Shown here one piece after another: positions 48,286 to 62,346 of a stretch of 64,000 nt of DNA; position 1 is the stretch's first letter, and each line of letters begins with the position of its first letter. Origin of the DNA: Dictyostelium discoideum. Its lineage: Eukaryota. The notes under the pieces are model-generated. The model was not told the DNA's origin, made no database searches, and saw only the letters and a list, made by a program, of their open reading frames with translations. The stretch is taken from contig CM000155.2 in NCBI GenBank assembly GCA_000004695.1, positions 1,312,001-1,376,000 of the forward strand. The letters run 5' to 3'. A program made the position numbers and the translations under genes.

Positions 48286-48309
48286 ACATCACCACAACCA
48301 ATTACTTAA
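46978..48309 (+). CDS. upf3: UPF3 (nonsense-mediated decay regulator, Smg4/UPF3 RRM-like domain) with a basic, Thr/Gln-rich C-terminal tail. Three exons: 46978..47108, 47208..47494, 47588..48309.
   Basis: MDKEVNYVIRNLPWNLEQEKFQALI...FLEFMDNRPFVNNKGIEELAIVESAPFKIDTTQVKKNNRMGTIESSGTYQAFLKQLD matches the UPF3 domain (compare VVIRRLPP...FLDNKGQEYPAIVEFAPFQK...VGTIDDDPEYRKFLE). GTAATA donor at 47109 (phase 2), TAAATAG acceptor, GTTTGT donor at 47495 (phase 1), TTTTTAG acceptor at 47586-87. The 3' end carries (CAA)n encoding about 40 Q. Confidence 0.8.
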
Positions 48310-48708
48310 TTTATTTGAAATCATTATTGTTTCACATAAACTCAACTTTTTAAAAAGTTTTTTTTGTATTTTTCAAATTAAACAAATACCTTTCTTACAA
48401 AGCGGCCTAGATAATATTTCTCAATTCAAAAGAAAAAAACCTCATTTAAAATATTCATTTTTGTTAGAATAGAAAAGGAATTGGTTTTTTTTTTAAAATA
48501 TGTTTAATAAATTTATTAATATTTCAAAAAAAAAGAAAAAAAAAAAAAAAGAAAAAAAAACTATTATATTCTATTTTAAATATCATTTATTTAATAAATA
48601 ATGAAAAACTAATTTTTTTATTTTATTTATTTGTTTTTTTTATTTATATTTATTTCTTTATTTTCTTTTTTAGAGAGAAGTTACAATTGGTTTTTTTATT
48701 TTATTCTT

Positions 48709-49622
48709 TTAATTAAAATTATTTTTTACAGATGGAGATACACCACTTTCATATAAAGAAACGATATCAATTTCTTCATCTTCAGCGCTATGATGAGCTT
48801 TTGATGGTGGATCAACTGGTGGGAAGAAAGGGGAATTTGAAGGTAAATTTGGAGTGATTGGAGTATTTAAAGTGATTGGGGTTGAAGGAGTTGAACCATT
48901 GGTATGATCTACTGATAAAAGTAGTGAGGAAGATGATTGTTTTAAATTGGTTTGTTCGATGGATTTCTCTAAATCACCAATTTGAGAATCAAAAGGTGCC
49001 AATAATTGTAGGGTACTAGTTAATAATTTTTCAGCGATTGGTAATAAATGTGAAAATCTTTTTTCGTTATATTCAAAACAATTTGCAACCATTAATTTAA
49101 TGGCATCAATGAATTGATTTTTAGATTTATATTCCCAATGTCTATTTCTATCTCTCATTGTTGTTAAATCGATTGGATTCTTGATGACCTTATGATAATC
49201 TGGTGCTAATTTTGGTGTAACTTTATGTCTAAATGCAATGAATTCATCATTGGTTCTAAGTTTATCCAATATTCTTTCAAAGATATTTGAAAGTTCAACA
49301 TCTGCACCACTACCATCCTTTCTAACTCTATTTCTACGTGATGATTTATCGCTACCATCAAGTGTTGTTGAACTAAGTGATGGTGATTCACTATTTGATT
49401 GATCCAATGTTCTTTTCTTTCTATTTGAACCACTTGATGATGCTGATAATGGTGTATTTAAAACTGATTGATCTTCAGTTCTATTATTACCACCATTAGT
49501 ATTATTACTATTACCACTATTACTACCATTATATCTAATTATAATACCGGATTGTGATAATGTTGGTGATTGATTTGTACTATTTGAAAGATTATTTGTA
49601 TTATTATTTTCATTATTATTAA

Positions 49623-49692
<70 letters not shown>

Positions 49693-52600
49693 ATTATTAT
49701 TAATATTATTAATATTATTATTATTATTATTATTAATATTATTAATATTATTGTTATTGTTATTATTATTATTAATATTATTATTATTATTGTTATTATT
49801 ATTATTATTGTTATTATTATTACTATTATTATTATTATTATGATTATTATTACTATTGTTATTGTTATTATTACTACTACTGCCACCATTATGATTTGAA
49901 TCTCTATTACTACTTGAATGATGTGATGAACTATGACTATCAGAACTACTACCTGTACTATTTCTATGATGAGAATCTCTATGATCACGACTACTACTAC
50001 TACTACCACTCGAACTATTTCTTGATCTTTCACTTCTATGCTCACGATGTTCTCTGTCACTTCTATGTTCTCTATCACCGCTTCTGTGTTCACGATGTTC
50101 TCTATCACTTCTGTGCTCTCTATCACCACTTCTATGTTCACTACTTCTATGTTCTCTGTCGCTTCTATGTTCTTTATCACCACTTCTATGTTCACTACTT
50201 CTATGTTCACTACTTCTATGTTCACTACTTCTATGTTCACTGCTTCTATGTTCTCTGTCGCCTCTATCACTGCTTCTATGCTCTCTATCGCCACTTCTAT
50301 GTTCACTACTTCTATGATGTGATGAGTGTTCACCACTTCTATGTTCACTACTTCTATGTTCACTACCTCTATGTTCGCTACTTCTATGTTCACTACTTCT
50401 ATGCTCACCACTTCTATGTTCACTACTTCTATGTTCTCTATCGCTACTTCTTGGATGGCCACTGCTTGATGAGGATGATGATGATGAAGATGAAGATTGG
50501 CCAATTCTAATTTTTGTACTTGAACTACTATTTGAATCAGAATTAGCTTGTTGATTTGGCATTACAATACTAATTCTTGTTTGATCTCTATCAGTATTAC
50601 TATTGTTATTACTACCACTACTACCAATACCACTACTTGAACTACGATGTGGTGGTATTGGTTTATTACTACTACTTGTATTTAAAGAGAAATTATTATT
50701 ATTATTATTATTATTATAATTATTATTATTTATATTTGATACTGGAATATTACCAGCACTAATATTAATCATATTTGAAGAACCAATTGTAGCACCAATA
50801 CTACTATTACTTGAATTCATATTGAATGAATCTTCTCTTTGATCATTCTTTTTTAATCTTCTTAATCTTTCTTGAATTCTTCTTCTTTGTTTTTTAGTTT
50901 CTTCATCCTCTTCATTTTGTTTTCCAAATTTCTTTCTATCTTGAAGGAATTGATCATGTTTCTTCTTTTGATAATCTTGAACTACCTTTGGATCACGAAT
51001 AATTTCAATTCTCTTAAATAAACTTCCATCTGGTTTTTGAAATAATGTAGTTCTCTTTACAAATACTCTATCACCTTGAGTAAGATCATCTTCTTCTGCC
51101 TTTGCTTTTGCTTTAGCTTTAGCTTCTTCTGCTTTTGCTTTAATCTCTTCCTCTTCTGCTTTTGCCTTGGCTTTAGCTTTAGATTCTTCATCTTTATTCT
51201 TTGTACCCATTAGTTTATTATATTCCTCTTCTTCATTATCTTCTTCTTCATCTGATTCATCACGAGAGAATAAACTTCTACTACGTTTACCAGTTGATTT
51301 ACTTGATGATTTATTATTATTATTATTTGATTGATTTTGATTTTGATTTTGATTTTGATTTTGATTTTGACTTTGATTACTATCACCAAATAAACTATCT
51401 TCAAGATCTTTTAATAAATCAGCATCTAAATCTTCATCATATAAATCATCACCTTTACCAGCGATTGCTTTAATTTGATTATCAAATACCAATTGACATT
51501 GTTCTTTATATTGTAAATTTTGATGATCTAAACTATATCTTGAACCTCTTGCAAATTTAGTCATTGCAGCATTACTATTTGAAGCCAATGCAGCCTCACT
51601 GGATTTCTTACGAACCAAATCAATTCTTTGCCAACGAGCCAATTTATTAATGGTTTCTTCATCTACACCCAATTCTAATAAAACTGTTTTAGAAGCTGAT
51701 AAAGAAAGTTTTCTTAAATCTGCATCTGTACCAGTGACTTGATTCTTTTGAAGAGCCAATTTAATTGCTTTTTGTTTTTGATTTACAACTTTTTGAGGCA
51801 TTTTCAAGTAAGAGTATTCATCTTCTCTACCGGTTGGATCATCACTAATGATTTGTAATCTACCTTTACCTTGCATAGCACTAAGGAAACTACCAGTTAA
51901 ATTCCAAGGTGTAATTGAGAGTTCATCCTCAACTGGTTTTATAGATTTCTTTATTGGATCCTCATCGTCAAGATTACCAAGAATCGTTGGAATTGTACCT
52001 GGTGCTGTGAAATGAATGATACCATTATCCTGAAGTCTTTGAAGACCAATGAGCATACTCTCGAATGAAACCACTGCCTCTGGTGTTACCAACTTTTGAA
52101 ACTCCTCTTCGGTAGGCAATGTAAAGTTATCTTTTACAGTCCACCAACCACTATCATCCCCACCACGTTGAAAATCTGCACAATCCTTTAAACGTTTTCT
52201 AATGGAAGTTTCAGATTGTGATGGAAAGGCAGAGCAGATATCAGTGATCTTTAAACGACGTTGTGGGTTACTCTTTTTCAAGAATTGTCTATAGATGTAT
52301 GCTTGAAGTCTACTCTTTAAAAACATATTGGCATTTCTAGAGTTTGGTGCAGGTACTTCAACCTCTGGTAAGATTTGACCAGCCGCATAGATTGGACCAA
52401 CATCACGAATATACCAACGTTTACCATCTCTAGATTTAACTAACAGGAAATCGGTATTGGCTGAATTATGTTTATGAATGGGTACTTTAAATAAATTATT
52501 TACAACGGATTGAATGGTTTGACCAGGATTGATGTCACCTAAAAATGGTGATTCTTCATTATTATCCAACATTACCAATTCACCATCTTCAAAATTTAAA

Positions 52601-53592
52601 TCCTTTGGTCCAGTATCATGAGTATTCTTTTTCTTATAATAATTTCTAATTCTTAAACCCATACCAACATTTGAAACTAATGGTGGATGTTGTTCTGTAT
52701 ATTCAATTAAAACTAAACGACCATCACGTGCTGATAAATCCGATTTATGTAATGATTTCTTTGATGATGAAGATGATGATGATGAAGACGACGACATCAT
52801 ACCACCATTAATACTACCTCTCATATTATGACCACCCATTATACTATTTGTACTACTATTTAAAAGTAAATTATTTGAACTTGAACTTAAATCACCACTT
52901 AAACTACCCTCTTTATTATAGATTATAATTCTAAATGGTACATTACTTGGGAATAGAATACGTGGACGATGTGCATAAATTAAATCTTCTTTGGTAAGAT
53001 GAGTTTTAACCAATGATAATTTAATACCAGGTAAAGAATGTTGAATTACGACTTTAGTTGAACCATTTGGTGGACGTGGTGGTGGTTTTCTAACTGGTCT
53101 ATAGAATTTATCATTTGAAAGATTGAATTTATCAATTTCTCTTTGAGATTGTTCACGTTCTTCACGTTCTTTTCTCTCATCTTCTTCTTTATCTTTTTGT
53201 AATTGTTCTTCGAATGACATAGTTTGACCATTGGCAGCTCTTGCAGCTGCTTGTGCTCTTTCCAATGCAGCTGCTTGTGCTGCTTGTGCTGCTTCCAATG
53301 CCAATTTCTTTTTAGATTTCTTTTTAACTGGTGCTTGTTGATCACCATTTGAACCTGATTCACCATTATTATGTTCTTTCTTTTCAATATGTTCTTCAAA
53401 ATACATTTCTCTATCATTTAAATCTAAAATTAACATTGAAACTTGTTGTATTTTCTCTGGTACCATTGATTCATCCCATATTATATTATCAATCCAATCA
53501 CCATTTTCTAATTCTTGATTCGATATTGGAAAAAGTGACCATTTATCAATATTACTTTTCATAATTTCATCAATTTCTTTATTATTATTTTG

Positions 53593-53630
<38 letters not shown>

Positions 53631-53979
53631 TATTATTACTATTATTATTATTATTATTGGTATTATTATTATTACCATTATTATTGGTTAAATTATTATT
53701 ATTTGTCGTACTATTTTTTTTATTATTTACAATTGTTTGAATATGTTGTTCATTTTGCGCTTTATCTTTATCTTTTTCTTTTTCTTTATCTTTTTCTTGT
53801 GATAATGGTTGTTGTAATAAATTTTGTGAATCTGTGTCCATTATTTCTTCTTTTTCACTAATATGATCTAATCCAAATAATTTACTACTATTATTTATAT
53901 TATTATTGTTATTTTTATTTTTATTTTTATTATTTCGTTGAGTTGTCGTAGATGTTGAAGTTGATGATAAAGTTGTTGC

Positions 53980-54033
<54 letters not shown>

Positions 54034-55727
54034 AGTTGTTGATGATGATGAAGTTTGTTTTGAATTTTTATTTAAATTTGGTGTTAAATCATTAATTTCA
54101 ACTGGCATTGTTATTGCCTCTTTAATTATAATATTTTGTTGTTGATTATCTGATGATAAATAAAATTGATTGAAATGATCAGACTTTTTAAATTTAATTA
54201 AACTTTCCTCATCCCAAATGATATTATCCTCCCAATTAACTTGTTGTAATGAATGATAATTTGAATCGGGTACCATATAAAACATTGTCATTATTTCTTC
54301 ATCCTCAGTCTCCCTAAGTGGTTCAGGTACATATTCTTCATCTTCTTCTGCTGCTGCTTGATATAATTGCATCGATGTTAATGTTGGTGTTGTCGTATTT
54401 GATGATGTTAATGTATCCTCTTCACCACCACCACCTGTTGAGCTAGTGATACCAGCATTTGATTTTAATAATTGTTTCGTTATACTATCAATTTCTGTTA
54501 TTGGTTTCTTTATAATTGAAGGTGGTGGTTGTTTTTTCGATGGTTGATTCCACAGTAAGAGTTCATCAGTTTCAATTGAATCATCATTTAATGTTTGTGG
54601 TGTTGAGAATCTAGTTTTACGTGATTTCTTTCTTGTTGGTTTATCTGGAAATTTGGGTGCAAATAATTGAGAAAACTTTAAAATGAAACCTTCCGATGAT
54701 TTACCACTAACAAATACTTTAAACTCTTGATCCTCTGGTGTAAACATTTCAGGTGTTTCAAGTATTGATTTTACAACTTCATATGAACCTGCTTTCATTG
54801 TTACCTTTTTCTTTGGTTTCTTTTCTTTATGACGACGACGATGACTACCACCACCGCCACCACCACCACCACCACCACCATCTGAATCTGAATCTGATCT
54901 TGAAGAAGATGATGAAATTGATGATCTTGAAGAAATTGAAGATCCTGATGATCTTGATGAATCAGACATTGAGTCGGATTCAATATCTGATGCTGACCTT
55001 GACATCGATGGTGATCTTGATGATGATGCTGATGATGATGCTGATGATGATGATAATGATGATGCTGATGAAATATCATCATCATCTTCATCTTCACTAC
55101 GAGTTGATTTTTGCTGTTGTTGTTCTTCTTCCTCATCAAAATCGAAATCATCAACTGATGGTTTCTTTTTAATTTGTAATGGTTGTTTTGAACCAACTTG
55201 TTTTCTTTGTTTTCTACGTTCCTTTTTCGATAATTGTCTTTGTTGTTGTTCTAAAAGTTTTAAACGTTGTTGTTCTTCACGCTCTTTATGTTGTTGTTGT
55301 AATCTTGCAATTGCAGCATTTGCAAGTTTATCCGCATTCAATTTATTGATTTCATTCTCTGTGGATTGAATTTCTTCAGCAACTTCATCAATATCCTCAT
55401 AATCTAATGCATTTTTATCGGGTACAATAACTGAATCTGTAACTGCATTCTTATCATCCTCATCAATACCAATTGTTTTTTTAAATGATATATGTTGACT
55501 ACTTTTTGCAAATAATTCTAAATCTTTTTTTAAATCCTATAATTAATAAATAATAATAATAATAATAATAATGTTAATATATATATATAAATATATATTA
55601 ATAAAAAAAAACATATTCATACTTTAAAAACTTGATCATTCTCTTCAACATCCAATTCACCAGACTCTTTAACATTACCAAAGAGGAAACCTGTTAAATT
55701 CCCTTTCTTTTCTTTATCTTTAGCCAT
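48709..55727 (-). CDS. taf1: Transcription initiation factor TFIID subunit 1 (TAF1). Exons 55623..55727 and 48709..55536. About 2310 aa.
   Basis: Exon 1 MAKDKEKKGNLTGFLFGNVKESGELDVEENDQVFK with a GTATGA donor. Exon 2 starts DLKKDLELFAKSS... after a TTATAG acceptor (phase 0, verified). Central DUF3591-type region (…RWYIRDVGPIYAAGQILPEVEVP…FLKSRLQAYIYRQF…GWWTVKDNFTLPTEEEFQKLVTPE…). C-terminal bromodomain (…FRHKVTPKLAPDYHKVIKNPIDLTTMRDRNRHWEYKSKNQFIDAIKLMVANCFEYN…). Extensive poly-N and acidic tracts. Confidence 0.85.
50030..50450 (-). repeat. coding 15-nt tandem repeat (about 28 units) inside TAF1, encoding (S/G)EHRS-type His/Arg/Ser-rich repeats
   Basis: Repeated units cacttctatgttcac / tctatgttcactact on the plus strand. 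Protein: SEHRSGEHRSSEHRSSEHRGSEHRSSEHRSGEH...DREHRSDREHREHRSGDREHRS. Confidence 0.6.
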
Positions 55728-55941
55728 GTTATTGTGTGTTTGTATTATTTATTTTATATATTGAATAACCATGTAAAAAGAAAATAAAATACCAATATAT
55801 TTATATACTATGAATATATGTATGGTGGTTGAGTGTTTGCGTTTTCTGTTTTTACTATTGTTCAATTATTTTTTTTATTTTTTATGTTTTTGTTTTTCTT
55901 ATTTGATTATGCACACTATTCGCGTGTGTAATATATGAAAT

Positions 55942-55974
<33 letters not shown>

Positions 55975-56597
55975 TTTATATTTTTTATTTTTTATTTTTT
56001 TATTTTATTTTCTATTTTATTTTATTTTATTTTATTTTAATTTTTATTTTTTTTTTTTTTTAATTTATTTTTATTTTTTTTTTTTTTTTCAAAAAAAAAA
56101 AATGAAATAAAAGGGATCGATCGTACAACCAATTGTTTTAATATATTAATTAATAAAAAAACTGAAAAAAAAAATTTAAAAAAAAATTAAAAAAAAATTT
56201 GAAATTTTTTTAAAAATTTGGGGGGCTTTAAAAACTTTTTTTTTTTTTTATTTTTTTTTTATTTTTTGCCTCCATTATTTTTTATTTTTTTTTTTTTATT
56301 TGAATTGTGTATCTTATTTTTTTATTATATACTTCATTTTATTGAGAGGTTGTAAAAATAAAAAAATAAAAAAAACAAAAGATAAAATAAAAATTAATTA
56401 ATAATTTTTGTTTTTTTATTTTTTGTGTGAATCCCTTTTAAAAATTTTCTCAAATAAACTACTTCAAAAGAATAATAATTAATTTTTTTTTTTTTTTTTT
56501 TAGTTTTTAATTTCTATTTTTATTTTTATTTTAGTTTTAATTTCTATTTTTGATTTTTAATAGTTTTAATTTATTTTAAAAATTTCGAACATCTATT

Positions 56598-56639
<42 letters not shown>

Positions 56640-56966
56640 TATAATAATATAACCTTTAATAAAATTTTAATAATTATTATATCAATATGGCAGAAAAAAG
56701 GATTTCAATTCGCCCCTTCCTCTTATCACTAAAAAAAGTAAAAATGAAATAATAAAAATAAAAAATTTTTGGAAAAAATTTGAAAAAATTTGAAAAAAAA
56801 AAAAAAAAAATTGAAAAAAAAAAAGTAAAAAAAAAAAAATAATTTCTTTATGTTGATCTGGCGACCTAGGATTAAATAATAATAATATAAATTTAGCGAT
56901 AAAATTCAAATATTAAATATACACACACTACACACAATATATATATATATTCATAGATAAAAAGAA

Positions 56967-58237
56967 ATGTCACAAACAGTATCACAACTTACCAGACAAC
57001 CAGAATTGGAAATTTTAGAAATTAAAAATGATAGTATAATATTCATTCTTTCAAATACAGATATCAGTGTTGCAAATGCACTAAGAAGAGTTATGATTGC
57101 AGAAGTACCAACAATGTGTATAGATTTAGTTGAATTTGAATCGAATAATTCTGTGCTTTGTGATGAATTTATAGCACATAGATTAGGGTTAATACCATTA
57201 GTTAGTGATAATATCGATAAATTTTGTTATACAAGAGTATATTTTATTTATTCATTACAATAATAATAATAATAATAGTAATAATAATAATAATAATAAA
57301 CAAAATCAATAATAATAATAATAAATTAAAATAAAATAATAACAACATAAACAATAATTCTATATAGGATTGCAGTTGTTCAGATAGATGTGATCAATGT
57401 AGTGTTGAACTAAGATTAAATGTTAAATGTACAGAAAATAGACCACGTGATGTTACAAGTTCAGATTTATTATCACAAAATAGTGCAGTAATTCCTGTAT
57501 CTTCACAAGTAACAAGTTCAAATAGTGAACAAGAAATTCCAATTGTAAAATTAAGAAGAGGACAAGAAATTAAATTAAGAGCAATCGCTAAAAAAGTAAT
57601 TAATTAATCAATCAATGTATAAAAAAAAAAAAAAAAAAAAAGAAAAAAGAAAAAGAATTTAAATATTCATATTTTTATATTATTTTTTTTGTTTGTTTTT
57701 TTTATTTTTATTTTTATTTTATTTTATTTTATTTTAGGGTGTAGGTAAAGAACATGCAAAATGGTCACCATCATGTGTTGCAACATATCAATTTCAACCA
57801 ATTATTGTATTAAATCAAAATAGAATAGATGAATTAACAGATCAACAAAAAGAGGAATGGGTTGGAAGTTGTCCAACCAAAGTTTACAGTTATAGTCCAC
57901 ATCAATCAACACAACAAGTAACAATCGAAGATCCATTAAGATGTGTTTATTGTTTGGAATGTAAAAAGAAAGCAGAATCATTTGGTAAACCTGATCTTGT
58001 ACATTTAGAACAAAAACAAGATAAATTCATTTTTACTGTAGAGGTAAGAACTTTTTTAAAATATACATACATACTCTATCTATCTATTATTTAAAACTGA
58101 TATTAATATTATTTTAATTTCATAATTTATAGAGTTCAGGTGCATTAAAACCAGAAGATATTGTTTTATATGCTATTCAAATTATTAAACGTAAATTAAC
58201 AGACATTCAAGGTCAAATGGCCGAAGGAATGCTTTAA
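56967..58237 (+). CDS. rpb3: DNA-directed RNA polymerase II subunit RPB3. Four exons: 56967..57236, 57368..57595, 57738..58043, 58133..58237. 302 aa.
   Basis: NTDISVANALRRVMIAEVPTMCIDLVEFESNNSVLCDEFIAHRLGLIPL (the RPB3/alpha-like dimerisation motif). The Cys cluster [36 protein letters not shown]. Donors GTATAT, GTAATT and GTAAGA. All exons are phase 0 with lengths 270/228/306/105. Confidence 0.85.
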
Positions 58238-58986
58238 ATAAATAAAAAAAAAAAAAAAAAAAAAAAAAACAAAAACAAAACAAAACAGAACAAAACAAAA
58301 CAAAAATATTATTGTTAAAAAAAAAAAAAAAGTCTAACCAGGGTTATGTTTGTCGTCAAAAAAAAGTATTGAGTTTGTGTATATGTAAATTAATGGTTTA
58401 AAAAAAAAAATAAAAAATAAAAAATAAAAGGAAATAAAGAATAAAAATTAAATTTATTAAAGTAGATTAAAATATTTTATTAATTTTTATTTTATTTAAT
58501 TTTTATTTTTTTGTTTGTTTTTTTTTAATTATTTATTTAAATTATTTTATTTATTTTATTTTATTTTTTTTTTTTCTAAACTATTCATAACATGTAATGC
58601 CGTTGTAAATGTTGAAATTTCAATTTAAAAAAAAAAAAAACTAACAAAAAAAAAAAACTAAATTAATTTTTAAAATTAATTATAACCAAATCAGGTAATG
58701 TGGTGGTTTGTAAACGATTTCTTTTTTTATTTTTTTTGTTTTGTTTTTTTTTATTTTTTATTTTTTTTTTTTATTTTTTTTTTATTTTTTTTATTTTTTT
58801 ATTTTTTTTTTTTTTGGTTTTTGTTTTTTTTTTTTTTTTTTTTTTATATTGTTTAATATCACACGACAACACAATTGTTTTTTTTTTTTAAAAATATTTT
58901 TTTTTAAACATCTAATCATAAACATTATATAATAAACAACTAACAAACAATAAAAAAAAAAAAAAGTAAGTCAAAAAAAAAAAAAA

Positions 58987-59204
58987 ATGGTAAAACAAAT
59001 GAAAATTGCTATAAGTAAGTGTCAATAATTTCATTATTTTTTATTTAATTGATAAGTTTGAATTTTTTTTTTTTGTCTGGTATTGAAAAAAAAAAAAAAA
59101 AAAAAGATATTTTTTGAAATTGAAAAAAATAAAAAAAAAAAAAATTCAAATTCGCTCATTTCCAATTTTTTTTTTTTTAAAATTTCCGCTTTTGGTTAAC
59201 CTTG

Positions 59205-59241
<37 letters not shown>

Positions 59242-60138
59242 CATAAATAAAAAATAAAAATATTTTTTTTTTTAGTTGTAACAGATGAAGTATTAGAATG
59301 TAAAAATAAAGGTGAATTTTATAGTTTATATGATAATTTTATAAAGAGATATGGATTAATTGATCAACATAATGAATTTGGTAATATTCAAGTTATAACA
59401 ACAAGATATAATGCAGTTCAAAAAGAATGGCCAACTAATCCATTATCATATGATGGTTACATTATCACTGGTAGTGCATCATCAGCCTATGATAATAATG
59501 AATGGATTATACTATTAAAAGAGAGAATCATTGAATTGGATAAACATGAAATGAAAATGTGTGGCATTTGTTTTGGACATCAAATTCTCGTTGAATCATT
59601 AGGTGGTAAAATCGAAAAGAATACCAAAGGTTGGGAACTTGGCCAACACTCAGTTCCACTCGATAAAGAAGTTTCAATCATTTTCGATAATATTATAAAC
59701 AATAAAAATAAAAATCAATTTGATAATGATGATAGTGCAAATAGTAGTAGAAGTAATTCACCAATTTTAAAATTAGATGGTGCTTCAACTCTAACACCAA
59801 CAATAACCAATGATGATAGTGTTTTATTAAAAGATAAAATTTCAATTTATCAAATTCATCAAGACCATGTTTCAATTTTACCAAGTGATATGATTTCAAT
59901 TGGATCCACTGAAAAATCAATTCAAGGTGTTTTAAAAGAATCAAAGAAACAGCCTGGTAATTTTTATATCATTTCATTTCAAGGTCATCCTGAATTCAGT
60001 TTTGATTTCATTCATTTGTTAATCAGTGACCTTCATCATGTCGGTCAAGAAATGAAAGATGTTTCCATTAAAACTTTACAACAAACAACTTGCCAACCTT
60101 GGTTATCAAATTTAGTTTTTAATTTCTTTAAAAACTGA
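58987..60138 (+). CDS. Class I glutamine amidotransferase-like protein. Two exons, 58987..59014 and 59276..60138.
   Basis: Exon 1 MVKQMKIAI with a GTAAGT donor (phase 1). TTTTTAG acceptor at 59274-75. Exon 2 carries the GATase1 nucleophile motif MCGICFGHQIL and the FQGHPEF His motif. Frame verified against the track ORF. Confidence 0.6.
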
Positions 60139-60307
60139 CCATTATCATCATCATCATCATTATCATCATTATCAAATAAAATCATATATAACACATATAA
60201 AATTAATAAATATATAAAATTTAATAAAGTTACTACCAAAAATACCATTTATAAAAAAAAAAACAAAAGAAAATATTTAAATTTAAACTTTATTTAGAAT
60301 TTAAAAA

Positions 60308-61349
60308 TTAAAATAAGTGATGGAAATCAATTGATTTTGGTGAATCATTAGTGGCTCTTGAAAATGATGTTGTTTTTGTTGATGTTTTTGTGGTTGTTTT
60401 GATAAGGTCTGGATTTGGTGTTTCATGTTCTCTATGATGATATTTTTTATTATTATTATTATTATTTAGATGTGGATTATTTTTAGTAATTCTCATTGAT
60501 GGAGCTTGTTGGTTATCACCAAAATATTCTTTATTTTCTAGTTCTTCTTCATTTGCAAATAAACCTTGTTCTTCTTTATTTTCATTTTCATCTTTTGGTT
60601 TAACATCCCAACATTGTGATGGTAATTGGAATTTATCATAATGTGGTTTATTTTCATATCTATAATAATTTAAAAGTGAGAAACCTAGATTTGATTTATC
60701 TTTGTTACCGAAATTGGCAGACATAAGGGTACATGTATCTTTTTGAATTAGAATACAAGATCTGGTTACATTGCATTGTTGTTTACCTTTGACAATCCAT
60801 ACATCAACATCGGTTTGACCAATTTTTGTAGTTCCTACTTTTTTGAATTTTGGAAGTTTATCTGGGAATGGGAATTGTAATTTCATTGCAACACAGCTTG
60901 AATTGTTTACAACATATTGGGTTTGATTTTTACCATAGGCATAGTATTGTCCCCATGTTGTGAAATTTTTTGCAACAATACCATAGTGGACATACATTTG
61001 TTGACCTTTAATATCAGCAGTAACAACACCACCTTCATAAAATGAAACTGGAATAACTCCATATGGTGTTGGGAACATAGTATTATAAGCAGACAAAGCA
61101 AATTCTGATATTTAAATTTAAAATAATAAAAAAAAAAAAAAAAAAAAAAAATTAATATGTTATTATTAATTTGTTTTTTTTAAAATATATTTTTATTTTA
61201 CCTGTATAATAACCAGTTAAATTTTTCCAACATTTATGATGTTCAAATCCTTCATCAGATTCCCAATGTGAATCATCAATTGAATTAATATCAAATGATT
61301 TAATTACTCCAACTAAAATTATTAAAAAAATTAATAATGAAACTTTCAT
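60308..61349 (-). CDS. secreted Cys-containing protein (about 311 aa), possibly ependymin-related. Two exons, 61202..61349 and 60308..61104.
   Basis: Exon 1 MKVSLLIFLIILVGVIKS signal peptide ...CWKNLTGYYTG with a GTAAAA donor (phase 1). AATATCAG acceptor. Exon 2 EFALSAYNTMFPTPYGV... with spaced Cys residues and an N/K-rich tail. Family assignment is weak. Confidence 0.55.
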
Positions 61350-62084
61350 TCTTATAAATTATTTTAAATTATAATGAAAAAGAAAAAAAAAATGTTAATT
61401 ATTTATATCACCAAAAATATTTTAATAATAAAAAAAAAAAAAAAAAAAAAAATTAAAATTAAATATAGTTTTGTTTGGGGTTAACATAAGTGGTTATAAA
61501 CCCCATTTTTTAGAAAAAAAAACAAAATAAATAAAAAAAAAATAATAATCATTTTTTTTTTTTAATGTTTTAATGTAACCACCATCTTATATTTTCAAAT
61601 AATAATCAGAGTTTTTTTTTTTTCCTTTTTTAAATTTTAGTATTTTTAATTGGGAAAAAAAAAAAAGGTTTGGAATGGCAAAAAAAAAAGAATAAAGTTT
61701 TTGTTAATTAAAAATTCTTTCTTACTTTATTTTTTATTTTTTAATTTACTTTCAAATATTTATTTGATAAATGCCAATTATTTCCAGAGCTTACACAAAT
61801 TAAAATTGTATTTTTTAATTTTTATTTTTTATTATTTTTGTTTTTTTTTTTTTTTTTGTTCTTTAAATTTATATATAAAATTCACTTATATTTATTAATT
61901 AATTAATTTAATATTATGAGATTTATTAAAATAATTAAGTATACATGTTAATGAATTAATAAATAATCAATAGTTATTATAAGTAATGAAAACACTTTTG
62001 AAAAATTATTTTTTTTTGTTTTTAATGTGGAATAAAATTTTTTTGCGAGGTGAGCAACCTATTTTCGATCGAAAAATATAAAAA

Positions 62085-62157
62085 GCTCGATTAGCTCAGT
62101 CGGCAGAGCGTGGTGCTAATAACGCCACGGTCGCAGGTTCGATCCCTGCATCGAGCA
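62085..62157 (+). tRNA. tRNA-Ile, anticodon AAU
   Basis: GCTCGATTAGCTCAGTCGGCAGAGCGTGGTGCTAATAACGCCACGGTCGCAGGTTCGATCCCTGCATCGAGCA. Perfect 7-bp acceptor GCTCGAT/ATCGAGC, anticodon stem TGGTG/CGCCA with loop CTAATAA (AAT), T-arm GCAGG-TTCGATC-CCTGC. T4 terminator immediately 3'. Confidence 0.9.
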
Positions 62158-62189
62158 AGCATTTTCTTAAAATTCATAAAAACATCGTT

Positions 62190-62200
62190 GGTTCGATTCC
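62190..62200 (+). promoter_or_regulatory. extra B box (exB, GGTTCGATTCC) 33 bp downstream of tRNA-Ile
   Basis: Exact B-box-like motif seen in sequence; known Dictyostelium tRNA-gene feature. Confidence 0.6.
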
Positions 62201-62346
62201 GAGAGAAAAAACTAAGAAATAAACGAGAATTTATACATATAATAAATAAATCACTGTTATATCTTCACCGCCACATTCATTCCTCTTAATTTTACCCTAT
62301 TTTTGCTCATTAAAGAAAGGGCTATCGTCCTATATACTTTTCAACA

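Noticed and set aside
49990-50470. Regularly spaced 15-nt direct repeats superficially reminiscent of a repeat-spacer array
   Set aside because: It is a eukaryotic nuclear locus and the repeats are contiguous with no spacers. They are in frame within the TAF1 coding sequence, so this is a coding minisatellite and not a CRISPR array.
49539-50510. Track ORFs 49539..50504 (-, 321 aa) and 49896..50510 (+, 204 aa), plus smaller overlapping ORFs
   Set aside because: These are alternative-frame and antisense readings of the 15-nt tandem repeat and the poly-N tracts inside TAF1. The TAF1 frame is the only one continuous with conserved domains.
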